A stretch of 64,000 nucleotides of DNA from Octopus sinensis (Eukaryota), in contig NC_043004.1 in the NCBI RefSeq assembly GCF_006345805.1, positions 36,642,001 to 36,706,000 on the forward strand. Reading direction: 5' to 3'. Positions 1 to 13,231 of this stretch are shown piece by piece; position 1 is the stretch's first letter, and every line of letters starts with the position of its first letter. The notes under the pieces are model-generated. The model worked only from the letters and a program-made list of their open reading frames with translations. It did not search any database and was not told the origin of the DNA. Made by a program: the position numbers and the translations under genes.

Positions 1-890
1 CTAGCAAGAATAACACAATCATTAATGCCTGGATTCTGCTAACTTTAGTAAATAACATGTATAAACGTGCTTGATATATATATATATATATATATAAAGT
101 GTGTGTGTGTGGGTGTAGGTGTGGGCGTAAAATATATATCATATGAACATACATGTGTGTCTTTATAATCATATTTGATGATACTGCACGTCTGCAGTAA
201 TTTGTGTTCATGCATTTACGCGTAAATATCTATGAGAATTCACACTAATATATGCAACTACAGCAGGCAGATGGTACGGTACGTATTAAAGTATATTCTA
301 AAGTACCTATATAATCATGAATTTGGCCATGCCTCGTGTTTTTCTTTAATAAACGGCATGCATTCACGGAAGTGAAGTGTGTAGAACTTGCAACCATTAA
401 TTCAGACAAAATACAGCCGTGTTCATATAATTGGTCTCAATTTGCATTTTACGAAAATTTTGTTTTTAGTATTTCTCTCTTTAATTTTCTATTAGAGGAA
501 TCTTGAAATGGCAGCGCATCTGATTGTACATGTATGTACAGATGTACTTATATTTGTACACATCATTTCATATACGCATTAAGTACCACGGAGAAACAGG
601 TGAGAATTCGTCCTATTTTTCAGTCAATACTTCACATTGCATTACGCTGAATTGATATACTTAAATCTGATGAGACTACAGCTTCGTAGCTAATAGGAAA
701 TTTTAGCGAATATTTCTCACACTTTCTTGTTCAGAGTGAAAATGTTTCAATTATATTAAATATTCTCTATTCGTTTCATTTAGTACATATTTGTAGAAGA
801 GGAAAATATCTGCTTGTGTGCATGAGCATGTGCGTTCCCAGTGTACAATACACACGCATACACACACATACACGCATACACACACACACG

Positions 891-933
<43 letters not shown>

Positions 934-1533
934 TTCCATATATGTGCGTGTGTATATGTATATATCACAGGTATGGTTGTGCGTTTAATAGGTTCGATTT
1001 ACAGCAACGCGATTGCTGGTTCATCTGCACAATGTGGTTCTCTGGGTGAATTTTTCTATTGTCACTGATTGATATATATCTCGTAAACAAATTCTTTTAG
1101 ATGGAAGCTGTAAGGAAGCCCTTTTTGTATATGTAGGTTGTACGTTTAATAGTTTATTCAACCACTTGAATAAGTCGTTAAGACCAAACCAGTATACGTA
1201 CATGCACATCTCCGAAACACGTGAGCAGTGTGTGAGATTCATTGCATGGATTACCACACACTGAAGACGATTAACTACCCAAAAACCCGAGTCTATGTGT
1301 ATTACGTAAGGCTAAAGATGGAAGTAATGACCTCCCCTAGCAAAGACTAATCGGATACAGACAGTGTGTCGTTAACCAGCTGGAGGAGGTATCTTCCTGG
1401 GGCTAAAAACAACAGTAGCATCGCCCTCTATGGGACCGCCAAATTTAGTTGGCAAATATATTTTATGATTCCGTACTGTTACGGTTTACCTTTCGCTCAG
1501 AGATTAATATAGCTATATGTGTGTGTATGTATG

Positions 1534-1590
<57 letters not shown>

Positions 1591-3320
1591 ATATATATAC
1601 ATACATGTATATAATCCACTTTGTCCCTTGTCCTTGTTTTTCCCTCTAGTGTTAGCCCCCTGTGGGCAATAAAGAAATAAATATGTCGATGTATCTCCTA
1701 ATAAATATATTTGATGTAGTGTAGTATTTCGTATATTAAATTCTAAATTATATGCAGACCTTCGACATTTAATTAAATTCTCATAATTTTTTTACGCTAC
1801 TAAACAATTGAAAATGGGCAATATTTCACTCATCCTTCATTAAATTAAATAAATTCTAAACCATCCAATGCTGTAATTATAATATGAATACATGAAGATC
1901 TCCGTATATTTATTATTTCTTGATTCTTTATCCAGGAATCAATTTCTCCCGCAACGTAGGATGGGGAATGAGATATTGGGTAGGAACACAAGGTGGAACC
2001 TACACATTTTAATAGGAAACACATATGTTAATAGTCGAACACTAAATGCCGTGTATCTTGTCCTAGAAATTATATGGAACAAATATTTTAAATTTAATTT
2101 ACACGGTTTACTAAATAAAATCTTGCTTGCCATAAATCTGTAAGTCTCTAAGGAGGAAATAGAACGCTAGAAAATTTTGCATGATGAGAAGGTAAATTCA
2201 ATTAAATTATCAAATTTGTGTGAGTGTGTGTTTGTGTGTGCATTCAGTAATTCCTAAGTGCACAGTTAGATATAAGACTGCTTCTAGTGAATTTAGTGCT
2301 CCATGTTGACTATCACCATACCATCATTTTCCAGAAAAGTGCTAGGGTTACTACAGTACTTAGTAATACTACTTACTGGCTCTGATATACAGAACAAATA
2401 TAAGAAAATGTATGAAGATACATGAAGTTTATATCAGTTTATATCCCTGCGCACGTCTCACCATCGTGGCCAATTGTATCTTCAGCAATGGGCGTTTATA
2501 GTGTATTTGGATGGAGGTTGACAACAGGTCTTCAGCATGCGTTCTGTGTTGATATAATGCAATAAGGTGTTCCCCTCAGAAAGTGCTGTGGATCTGCATC
2601 TAAATGCAGAAGGAACACCCACTGCATGGCATGCAAATGCAATAATCTGCATGTTGTGCATATTACACACACACGTACGTATACTCATATATGTATACGT
2701 ATACATGTGTATGTATGTATATATATTATCATTATTATTATTATTATTATATATTATTATTATCATTATTATTGTTTTTTTTGTTTATTTTTGTATTTAT
2801 ATTCGCGTAACGTCGTCCGTTTTTCCGTCCTTGTTTCGTATACATTCGAAGATTTTTTCCAAGGAATCTAATGCTCTTAGCTTAGTTCTTCCTTGGGGCT
2901 GGCCAGATTGGAGCAATCTCAAGATTAATCAGCCGAAATCGCGAGGATGATCCGGTTCTTGATTGAAGATTAAAGGCTTCGAATGACCCGTCCGTGTTAT
3001 TTTTATCGTCTATCTGGATGTTTTGCGTTCTTGTCCCATTTTGTATATATATATACAAACAGTGATCATCAACATTATAACGGTGGTCATTCACATAAAT
3101 GACATCTCCGCATGTAGTCAGGAGACACAGATAACAATTACATTATCACTCTTAAAATAACAGTCTGTGCATATTACGAGGAGTTAATAAGAACGTTTAT
3201 TAATTGCTTGTGTCGAAGAGTCTTCTCAATATTAAATTATTAATGCTGTCATAAACATTTCCAATACAATCGTTTATAATGAGAACATTGTAATTGGAAT
3301 GTATTTTAGTCGTAACGGAT

Positions 3321-3361
<41 letters not shown>

Positions 3362-3664
3362 TGCGCGCGTGTGTGTGTCTGTGTGTGTGCTTACTTGTTT
3401 GTATATGTGCGTGTATGTGTTCTTGTGAATATAAAGATTAAGGGTAAAGAACAAAAGTTCCATATATTCCTAGAAGAAACAGGAAACTTATTATTTTGAC
3501 ATATGCTTCATTGTTAATTTACGCCAATCATTTTAATTCTGACCTTTGGGAAATTATGTCACGTAAATATGATACTTGACTCGCACAGAATTATTCTCAA
3601 CATCTGTCCGAAATAACTTGGTAAGTAAGAGAATTTGTCCATCCACATGCCTTCGAATCTTACA

Positions 3665-4077
3665 TTACTCTTTACTCTTTTTTACTCTTTTACTTGTTTC
3701 AGTCATTTGACTGCGGCCATGCTGGAGCACCGCCTTTAGTCGAGCAACTCGACCCCGGGACTTATTCTTTTTGTAAGCCCAGTACTTATTCTATCGGTCT
3801 CTTTTTGCCGAACCGCTAAGTGACGGGGACGTAAACACACCAGCATCGGTTGTCAAGCAATGCTAGGAGAACAAACACAGACACACAAACATATACATAT
3901 ATATATATATACATATATACAACAGGCTTCTTTCAGTTCCCGTCTACCAAATCCACTCACAAGGCACTGGTCGGCCCGGGGCTATAGTGGAAGACACTTG
4001 CCCAAGATGCCATGCAGTGGGACTGAACCTGGAACCATGTGGTTGGTTAGCAAGCTACTTACCACACAGCCACTCCT
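3665..4077 (-). mobile_element. tRNA-derived CORE-type SINE (abundant octopus family), near full length
   Basis: Minus strand: A box TGGCTGTGTGG, B box GGTTCAGTCCC, CORE-like cttgggcaagtgtctt, internal CA/TA microsatellite, (AAAAGAGT)n tail; close copies at 12761 and 39866. Confidence 0.85.
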
Positions 4078-4156
4078 GCGCCTGTTAACATTCTATTCAC
4101 AATGGAATCTATATATATATTATATACGTTTATGTATAGTGGACATACACAAATAT

Positions 4157-4250
4157 ACATACATACATACGTACATATTGGATCTAGGTTAGAAACCGGC
4201 TCTTCCTCTATTGGCACGAGACCTTAAAATAAAACTGAACAATGACATAC
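4157..4250 (+). repeat. Dispersed repeat, second copy at ~42272-42345
   Basis: attggatcta(g/t)gttagaaaccg(g/a)ctctt.ctctattggc.cga followed by (CATA)n in both places. Confidence 0.55.
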
Positions 4251-4915
4251 ATACATACATACATACATACATACATACACACACACACAAGCATGTATAT
4301 GATATATTGGTTATAAGTATATTGGATATTTACATTGGATAATATTCATGTGTGATCGCCATTATCAATAATTATATTAAGAGAGTTTATGTAAACATTT
4401 TTGACAACCGCTGTTGATTATCCTTGCAGCTCTGGAATAGTATTATGGCGCCATTTAGAATGAAAACAAAATGTCTTCTTTTACATAGGCATTGGATGGT
4501 CCAACGGAAAGTATATTTTCTCATAATTTCGAACCAATTTCAGAGTAAAGAGTGTATAGTTTAGTACGCTACCTAAACGCAGACGAATATGCACAATCGA
4601 AATATATTCAAAATTGGGTACAGATAGTGGAAGCCAATCAGTTACGTTGCTTGAAGCAAGAACTCCAATGTCAGAATGTCTCTTTCCTTGACGCCTACTA
4701 AGTCTCGGAGACCCTGAAAAGCCCCTCTCTCCGATTTCAAAGTAAATAAAAAGAAAACTATTTGTCGAACGTATGATAGTATATTTCGAAGGGAAGAAGT
4801 GACGAATTGAAGCTAAGAAATTAGTTTAAGGTTGTATTTACAAGAATTTCTTAAAACAGTTTTGATAGATGATTCGAAATGTATTCTAATGGATTGTTAT
4901 AGGATTAATGGATTG

Positions 4916-4965
<50 letters not shown>

Positions 4966-5124
4966 CTGTCTGTCTGTATAAGTACGTATTTATGTATGCG
5001 TGTGTATGTATAACTGTGTGTTTTGTAATACTTAATTATCGTCCAGGGATGGGCGATAATTAAGTATTCAACATTAATATTCAAGGTTGCCATGATAAAT
5101 GTGTAAAAGCGGAATGTTTTAAAG

Positions 5125-5156
<32 letters not shown>

Positions 5157-5578
5157 ATATATATAAGTGTGTGTGTGTGAATTTGTAATTTCAATAATTA
5201 TAGTAGTTATACTTTATTATATGGATTTATTAATTATCGTAGTTATACTTTTAAATGATTATATAGAGCTGTCCTTTCAAAATATTATCTGTAACATCCA
5301 GAACAATGAATTACTAAAATGACAACGAAACGTTTCTTTTCTCAAGGAATTATTCATATAGGACAACAGCATTAACAACAACTTACTGTTTATGTTACAC
5401 CATGAAAATAAATATTCTTAAATATGAGAAGCATTGGATAGAAATCTCAGGCATGCGAAACATCAAACATTTAAAATATACTACATTACTAAAGCCCGTA
5501 CAGTAATTGTTACATAGAGTTAAATTCCTTTGGAATTTCGTATCAGAGACACCACAGCTAACCAGATTTAAATGTTAA

Positions 5579-5609
<31 letters not shown>

Positions 5610-6021
5610 TATAATAATAGTAACACGGTGTTTCGGAAATATAGTAATACACCTTAGAATGCAAAAAAAAAGTGGAAAATAACTACAAGTACGTGATGTT
5701 ATAAAAGCGATTTAAGTGGGGTTTTTTTTAAAAAATAAATTATGTTTATTTAAGGGTAAATATAAACCGGGCACAATATTCGTTAATTCTGTTTCGACCT
5801 TTAAGCGTTTTAGGATTAGTAATGAGGTGTTAATCGTATTTTTAATAATATCAAAAGTATTTTTTTAAATGTACACACACACATATATATAGTAAAAAAA
5901 AGATGTATTTTCAAGTATTTGCATGTGTGTATACATATACACACACATTTGTATAAAGATAATTATATAATGTTTATATATATTAAAAAAGTCAGTCATT
6001 CTTATATATATATATATATAT

Positions 6022-6217
6022 AATATTAGGGAGCATAACTCCAAACTTACAGGGAAAAATTCAGTTTAGTATTAAATCAAATTTCACAGTATAAATATAT
6101 AAAATATGAATTAGAGATAAAACCACTATTATGCAACTCAAACACTGTTTATTATTTAGGTATTGGTTTATGTCTATCACTGTTTGAGTTGCATAATAGT
6201 GGTTTTATCTCTAATTC
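6022..6217. repeat. Truncated head-to-head copy of the same Penelope-type terminal repeat family (37-bp hairpin)
   Basis: gaattagagataaaaccactattatgcaactcaaaca (6108-6144) is inverted at 6181-6217; outer arm attagggagcataactccaaacttacagggaaaaa matches 20810-20890; no hammerhead retained; TA flanks. Confidence 0.7.
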
Positions 6218-6248
6218 ACATTATATATATATGTGTGTATGTATATAT

Positions 6249-6354
<106 letters not shown>

Positions 6355-7023
6355 ATATATATGTATATATTTACAAATATGTATACATATATATGTATGT
6401 ACGTATGTGCACTTACAAGAGGAGTAACTGTATAACTCCATTGTTCAATTTTAAATAAAAACGATCAGACTCGAACTCAATCAAACCTTCAATGTAACAC
6501 AGGTAAAACTTACATACATGCATGCTCATACACACAAACAATATGTTAAGATAACTTGTAGCTATAATTATGGAACACAAGAAAACTTCTACCGGAATAG
6601 AAAACACCTGCTAGGAGAATGAGATGATGATAAAGTTTAGAAAGTTGTGTACTTGCTATGATTTAAGATATAACACAGACGTAAAGAAATATTTCTACAA
6701 AGAAAACAAGTAAATAGAAAGGAAAATGATGGCAAAAGGAACATCAAAACTTTCAGAGAATTACTATATATTCATATAACTTAAAACTGAACAATTGGTG
6801 CTATGGATAACTGAAAGAAAAGGATTATTAACATATATAGAGATATACGTTTTGATATCATATTTGAATAAAATATGTCAAACACAATTTTCAAATATCA
6901 TAAATTGCTACGTTATATTGATCAGAAGAAGAGAAAAGAAAGAAACATTGAGCATACACGACATGTGTCAGTATCTTGCTCTAACCCTATTAATACTCAC
7001 ATACATAAGGACGGTCACTCATA

Positions 7024-7059
<36 letters not shown>

Positions 7060-7540
7060 CCTACATACATATGTGCGTATGTATGCATAAACGCCTAGAC
7101 TCACACGCACATACACATATATATATATATATATATATACATACAGTGGAAACTGATTTTGAGTATGATACCCGGGTGATGAAAAAAACTGACTGACGAT
7201 TAGAGAAATAACATCTTAGGACGCTCTAATTTTATTAGCTATAAACAATTCATTCCACGGTTATGATAAACAGTCTTCACTGTATGTATGTATTTATGTG
7301 TGTGTGGTTGCGCGTGTGTATGTGTGTGCGTGTATATTTGTATGATTATATATATATATATAATATATATATATATAATATATATATACATATATATATA
7401 AAGATATTATTGTTTACAATAATATCAAGCGGCATAGCATAAGTAAATAATACCATAAGGTAAAAAATTATTAATAATTAAGGGTGCGATTTTTAGCGTG
7501 CTGGTGCTTTTTGTTACACACTTAATCATCAATACATATG

Positions 7541-7590
<50 letters not shown>

Positions 7591-8386
7591 GATACATACA
7601 TACATACACGCACACACACGAAGATGTGCAAATATATAGATACATAATTATACATGTGTATAAGTGTACATTATGCATGTACAAACAATCATATACGTTT
7701 CAAGCATCCGTTTCTTGATATGAAATATCATCTATATACATATCTACACATGCATTTAGGAGTAATATTTAAATTGGCAGAAATATGAATAACTACAGGA
7801 GGTAGATATTAAATCTCATTCAAAATTAGAATCTTTTCAAGTGCCTACATGATCATGCATTTGTGCATGTCTCGTGCTTTCTTTAATAAATGTCATGCAT
7901 TCAAGGAACTGAAGTGTGTAGAACTTCCAACCCAGGAATCAGACAAAATACAGCCATGCTCAAACAGTGGATCTCATAACAATTTCTCTCTTAAAGATTT
8001 ATAAATAGTTTCTATTTATTATTTCCTTTTTTAAAGAAATCTCATGATACCTCACCCATATATAGAAAGTGTGTGTACATTTTACGGAGCACCTAGATAT
8101 ATCAACGGATTCCCATTACCAATTCCTTTTCAAATCTTTAGAATTACAGCTGAGAAATCGTCCCAGTTTGCGATGATTCTGTTCAGTCAATACTATCTCT
8201 TTATTATTTTTTATTCTATACATCCTTTTATGTGTTAAAATACTGACCTGCATGTAATAATAGATTGCAGGCAAAATTGATTAAATCTACTTATGTGCAT
8301 GTTGATGCTGTTTCAGTAATTTTCACCGATCATAATTACTTATATATTTAAAATTTTAGAGGAGAGTCCAGTGAATGCACATCTCT

Positions 8387-8418
<32 letters not shown>

Positions 8419-8989
8419 TATTCTCCATCTGTCTGTCTCTCTCTCTCTCTATCTTTCTCTCTATCTCTCTCTCTATCTCTCTCTCTGCCTCTCATCATAT
8501 TACACACTCATTTTGTACATATCGAGATCTAACATTTGCAGAAATCAAGGTAGGACAAAAGCTGTGCTCACAACTCCAACTTAGGCAGACACAAGTAGCC
8601 ATTGCTATCGTTTTATCTCCTTATAATCATAATCTCCTTATAGTCAAACTGTCTATTTCTAAACGCTTTGATGATGTTGAAATTACTTTCACTTCTTTAC
8701 TGTAGCCACTAGGCATTTGTTTCGTTTTCTTTGTAACAACAAAAATAATTGCGATGAATCAAGAATATATCTTGTATTTGGTATAACGATATTCGTCTTT
8801 ATCGTCCATATTTATGACACTAGATACACTGAGTTATTTCTCCGAGAACTTATTCCTTAAATGCTGTAAATTATCTCAGAGCAGAAAGTTTCTAACCCTA
8901 TGTATATGTCTCAGACATTTTCTGATGTCAGGATCAGATAGCTTTTATGCTGATGACGCATGCTCTGACAGAAACGTACTTTCAAGCTG

Positions 8990-9036
8990 TGTATATACAT
9001 ACATGTATGTGTGTGTGTATACATATATGTGTCTAT

Positions 9037-9068
<32 letters not shown>

Positions 9069-9069
9069 A

Positions 9070-9143
<74 letters not shown>

Positions 9144-9707
9144 CATATATATATAATATACATATATATACATATACATATATATATATATACATATATA
9201 TACATATACATATATATATACATATATATACATATACATATATATATATACATATATTACATATACATATATACATATACATATATATATACATATATAT
9301 TATATATACATATATATACATATACATATATATACATATACATATATATATACATATATATACATATATATATACACATATATATAACATATATATATAC
9401 ATATATACATATACATATATATATACATATATATATACATATATGTATGTATATACATATACATATATATATATATACATATATATACATATACTATACA
9501 TATATATACATATATATATACATATATATACATATATATATACATATATATATACATATTATATATACATATATATACATATAATATATATATTACATAT
9601 ATATACATATACATATATATATATACTATATATTATACATATATATACATATACATATATATATACATATATATATACATACATATATACATACATATAT
9701 ACATACA

Positions 9708-9780
<73 letters not shown>
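8990..9780. repeat. ~790-bp (TA)n/(CATATA)n microsatellite
   Basis: Direct reading; source of many spurious YI/IY ORFs. Confidence 0.95.
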
Positions 9781-9781
<1 letters not shown>

Positions 9782-9804
9782 GAGAGAGAGAGACGTATGA
9801 GGTA

Positions 9805-10020
9805 TTCTACAACTTTTTGCTGAACAACAGCAGAGATGATCCATCAAATCGACATTACTTATACAGGTGACCGATGTGCCACACGTCTGATAACGAAAAG
9901 AGCGCTGAGCAACGTGAAATACAGTGTTTGCTCAAGAGCACATCGCAACGCTCTGGCTGGGGATCGAAACCACGATCTTGCAGTCGTGAATGCAACATCC
10001 TAACCACTAAGCCATGCGCC
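9805..10020 (-). mobile_element. tRNA-derived SINE (third family)
   Basis: Minus strand: ggcgcatggcttagtggttaggatgttg...gtggtttcgatcccc (A/B boxes), then ttgagcaaacac...ttcacgttgctcag. Confidence 0.7.
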
Positions 10021-10239
10021 CGCATCTATATATGATGCTGATAAGGAGTTAACTACTCCGAAATGCAAGCTTCTATCAGTCTGGTAAGATATTGCTTTTA
10101 ACTGACTTGGTGTGTTTACACTTAGATAAGTGTAAACAGCGAGGAATGTTCTCCATTATGAAATACAGTAAATGGCTTTCTTACGTGCTTAAATATGCCT
10201 CAAGATTACTTGATAAGGTAACAAGATTTTATTTGTATA

Positions 10240-10289
<50 letters not shown>

Positions 10290-11239
10290 AGATAGATATA
10301 GATAGATATATGTTTGTGTAAAGCAACAGTTTTAGAGAAAAACCATTGGTCTCTTATCTACTGTGAACTTGACATATCTTCAGTTTCTCTAAACAATAAC
10401 TCTTCTCTATTTTTATAAGGTATGCTCCATTTTCTGATTTATGATCTTATAACGAAGATATATATATATATATCAAAAATACATTGAAAGATATTTATGA
10501 CGTTGAAGATGATTTCATGGATATTGTCGGAAGTGGGTGTGCTGGAATGACAAGCTGCAGGTCCAAAGTGGTTGCCTGTCACTGTAGCGTGTTTCCAAAG
10601 ATTAATATATGTTACGAGAGAGATAGTGAGGGGGAAAGAGATAGAGAGAGAGAGATGAAGACAGAGATTGAAAATTTTATTGAAGATAGGGGATATTTCT
10701 GGGATGTATTCGTGACAGTTATTCAGTATGTCGGATTGAGGCATCAAACCTGGAACACTATGGTTACGAAACGAACTTCTTAACCATGCAACCATAGATG
10801 CAACCATTATAGCTTTAAATAGTTCCACTTAATAGTGAACAGCTGAGAATTTTATTGTAAGTAGACAATTAGAGACCGTTATCACATAGCCATTTACTTC
10901 TTTAGCTACAAGTATTTTCTTAATAGCATGCGACACGCGTTTTAATTTCATTATTCAATTCTCTACATTCTATAATTGAATTTATGTTGATAAACAAAAA
11001 GATTTTTAACATAAAAAGAAAGTTTTGTTTCTCATTATTTAATTGTGGTTTTAATGAAATTCTGCGTTTATACTTAATGAATTTAATATGATCAAAATTC
11101 CATTTGCCTTTTGAAAAAATTGTTTTTTTAATTTCTTTTATTTATTTTTGGTGAGTACTATAGACTTTTGTTTTCTGCATGAATATTTCTGGCAAATTTT
11201 CAAATATGTTTTCTTTTCAAGTAAATGCTTACCTGTTTA

Positions 11240-11900
11240 GTAGAATAAAGTTTAATAACCTACCTAACCACAGCTTTGTGATGAATAGCAACAGCATAAT
11301 ATACCGTTCCAAACACTTAGAATATTGCAGAATACTGGGGTTTTGTTAACAATTCTCTTTATGTTTATTAATTTTCCTCTTTATCCTAATATTCACATTT
11401 TCAATTAACAATCTCACAAGAGTTTCCGTAGCAGTATTACCACACGGAATTTTACCAATATAGTTATTTTGACAAGCTCATAAAATCCGCTTTTTTCGAC
11501 GTTTTACGCATATCATTAAATTTTAGCTGTCATCATCTCAGCAATGACGTCAATGTGTATTCCGAACACCATTGTTATTTACCCATACAACAGCAAGCAT
11601 CATCCAGTTTATCAAAATAATTTGAGCATAATGCAGTATTCTAAAACCGAACTATACGTTTTCGCTTATAAATAATCACCAAAATTTTTGCTGTTGGAAT
11701 CAGTATAACCGCAAATATTATATAAATTGCTGTACCCTTGATTTGATTAATCACAATGAAAAAGTTTTTGCTATGTACAAAAACAACGTTGCAGCTATCG
11801 TTGAGTTAAATTAGCTGTGTAATAGCACAACACATCTTTGACTATATTTCTACATTACCATTGTAATATATTATTGGGCCATTTTATTCAAATGCTTATA
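11240..11900 (-). mobile_element. Highly decayed DNA-transposon-like remnant, possibly P/Galileo-type C-terminus
   Basis: Fragments LYNICGY and CGNTATETLVRLLIENVNIRIKRKINK; no intact frame. Confidence 0.25.
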
Positions 11901-12054
11901 CATGCGTTATGTATACACAGAGAATCATACGGCCAACACCACCGTATCATACAGGAAAGGAAGAAAAAACGCTTCAAGTGGGATAAGCATTATTTGATAT
12001 TATGTGAACATGTTTCTATACACACTTTCAAAGTATTTACTTATATACTCATTA

Positions 12055-12081
12055 TTTACACACGCACACATACACACACAC

Positions 12082-12139
<58 letters not shown>

Positions 12140-12286
12140 ATACATATATATGCATATATATATATATATATACATATATTATATATACATATAACATATA
12201 TATATACATATATACATATATATCATATATATATACATATATATATACATATATACATATATTATACATATATATATACATATTAC

Positions 12287-12331
<45 letters not shown>

Positions 12332-12760
12332 CATATATACATATATATATACATATTACATATATATATATTACATATATATATTATATATATACATATT
12401 ACATATATATATACATATATACATTATATATATATATACATATATACATATATATACATATATACATTATATATATATATATACATATATATTATATACA
12501 TATATACATATATATATACATATATATATACATATATATATATACATATATATATATATACATATATATATATTATACATATATACATATATATATACAT
12601 ATATACAATATTATATATAACATATATATATATACACATATATATATATACATATATATATACATATACATATATATATACATATATACATATATATACA
12701 TATATACATATATATATATACATATATACATATATACATATACATACATACATATACATA
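12055..12760. repeat. ~700-bp (TA)n/(CATATA)n microsatellite
   Basis: Direct reading. Confidence 0.95.
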
Positions 12761-13157
12761 CGTGTAGTAAGTAGCTTGCTAACCAACCACATAGTTCCGG
12801 GTTCAGTCCCACTGCGTGGCACCTTGGGCAAGTGTCTTCTACTATAGCCTCGGGCCGACCAAAGCCTTGTGAATGGATTTGGTAGATGGAAACTGAAAGA
12901 ATCCTGTCGCATATATGTATATATACGTATGTATGTGTGTGTATTTGTGTGTCTGTATTTGTCCCCCTAGCATTGGTTGACAACCGATGGTGGTGTGTGT
13001 ACGTCCCCGTCACCTAGCGGTTCGGCAAAATAGACCGATAGAATAAGTACTGGGCTTACAAAGAATAAGTCTCGGGGTCGATTTGCTCGACTAAAGGCGG
13101 TGCTCCAGCATGGCCGCAGTCAAATGACTGGTAGAAGTTAAAGAGTAAAAGAGTAAT
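12761..13157 (+). mobile_element. Same SINE family, plus orientation
   Basis: gtaagtagcttgctaaccaaccac...ggttcagtcccactgcgtggcaccttgggcaagtgtc...ggtgctccagcatggccgcagtcaaatgactg...aagagtaaaagagtaa. Confidence 0.85.
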
Positions 13158-13159
13158 AT

Positions 13160-13231
<72 letters not shown>

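Noticed and set aside
664-710. CTGATGA followed by a ctac/gtag hairpin
   Set aside because: GAAA is not adjacent to the stem and there is no stem III or stem I; not a hammerhead.
1936-1979. Possible plus-strand micro-exon (G)INFSRNVGWGMRYW
   Set aside because: Moderate splice signals only, with no partner exons or recognisable domain.
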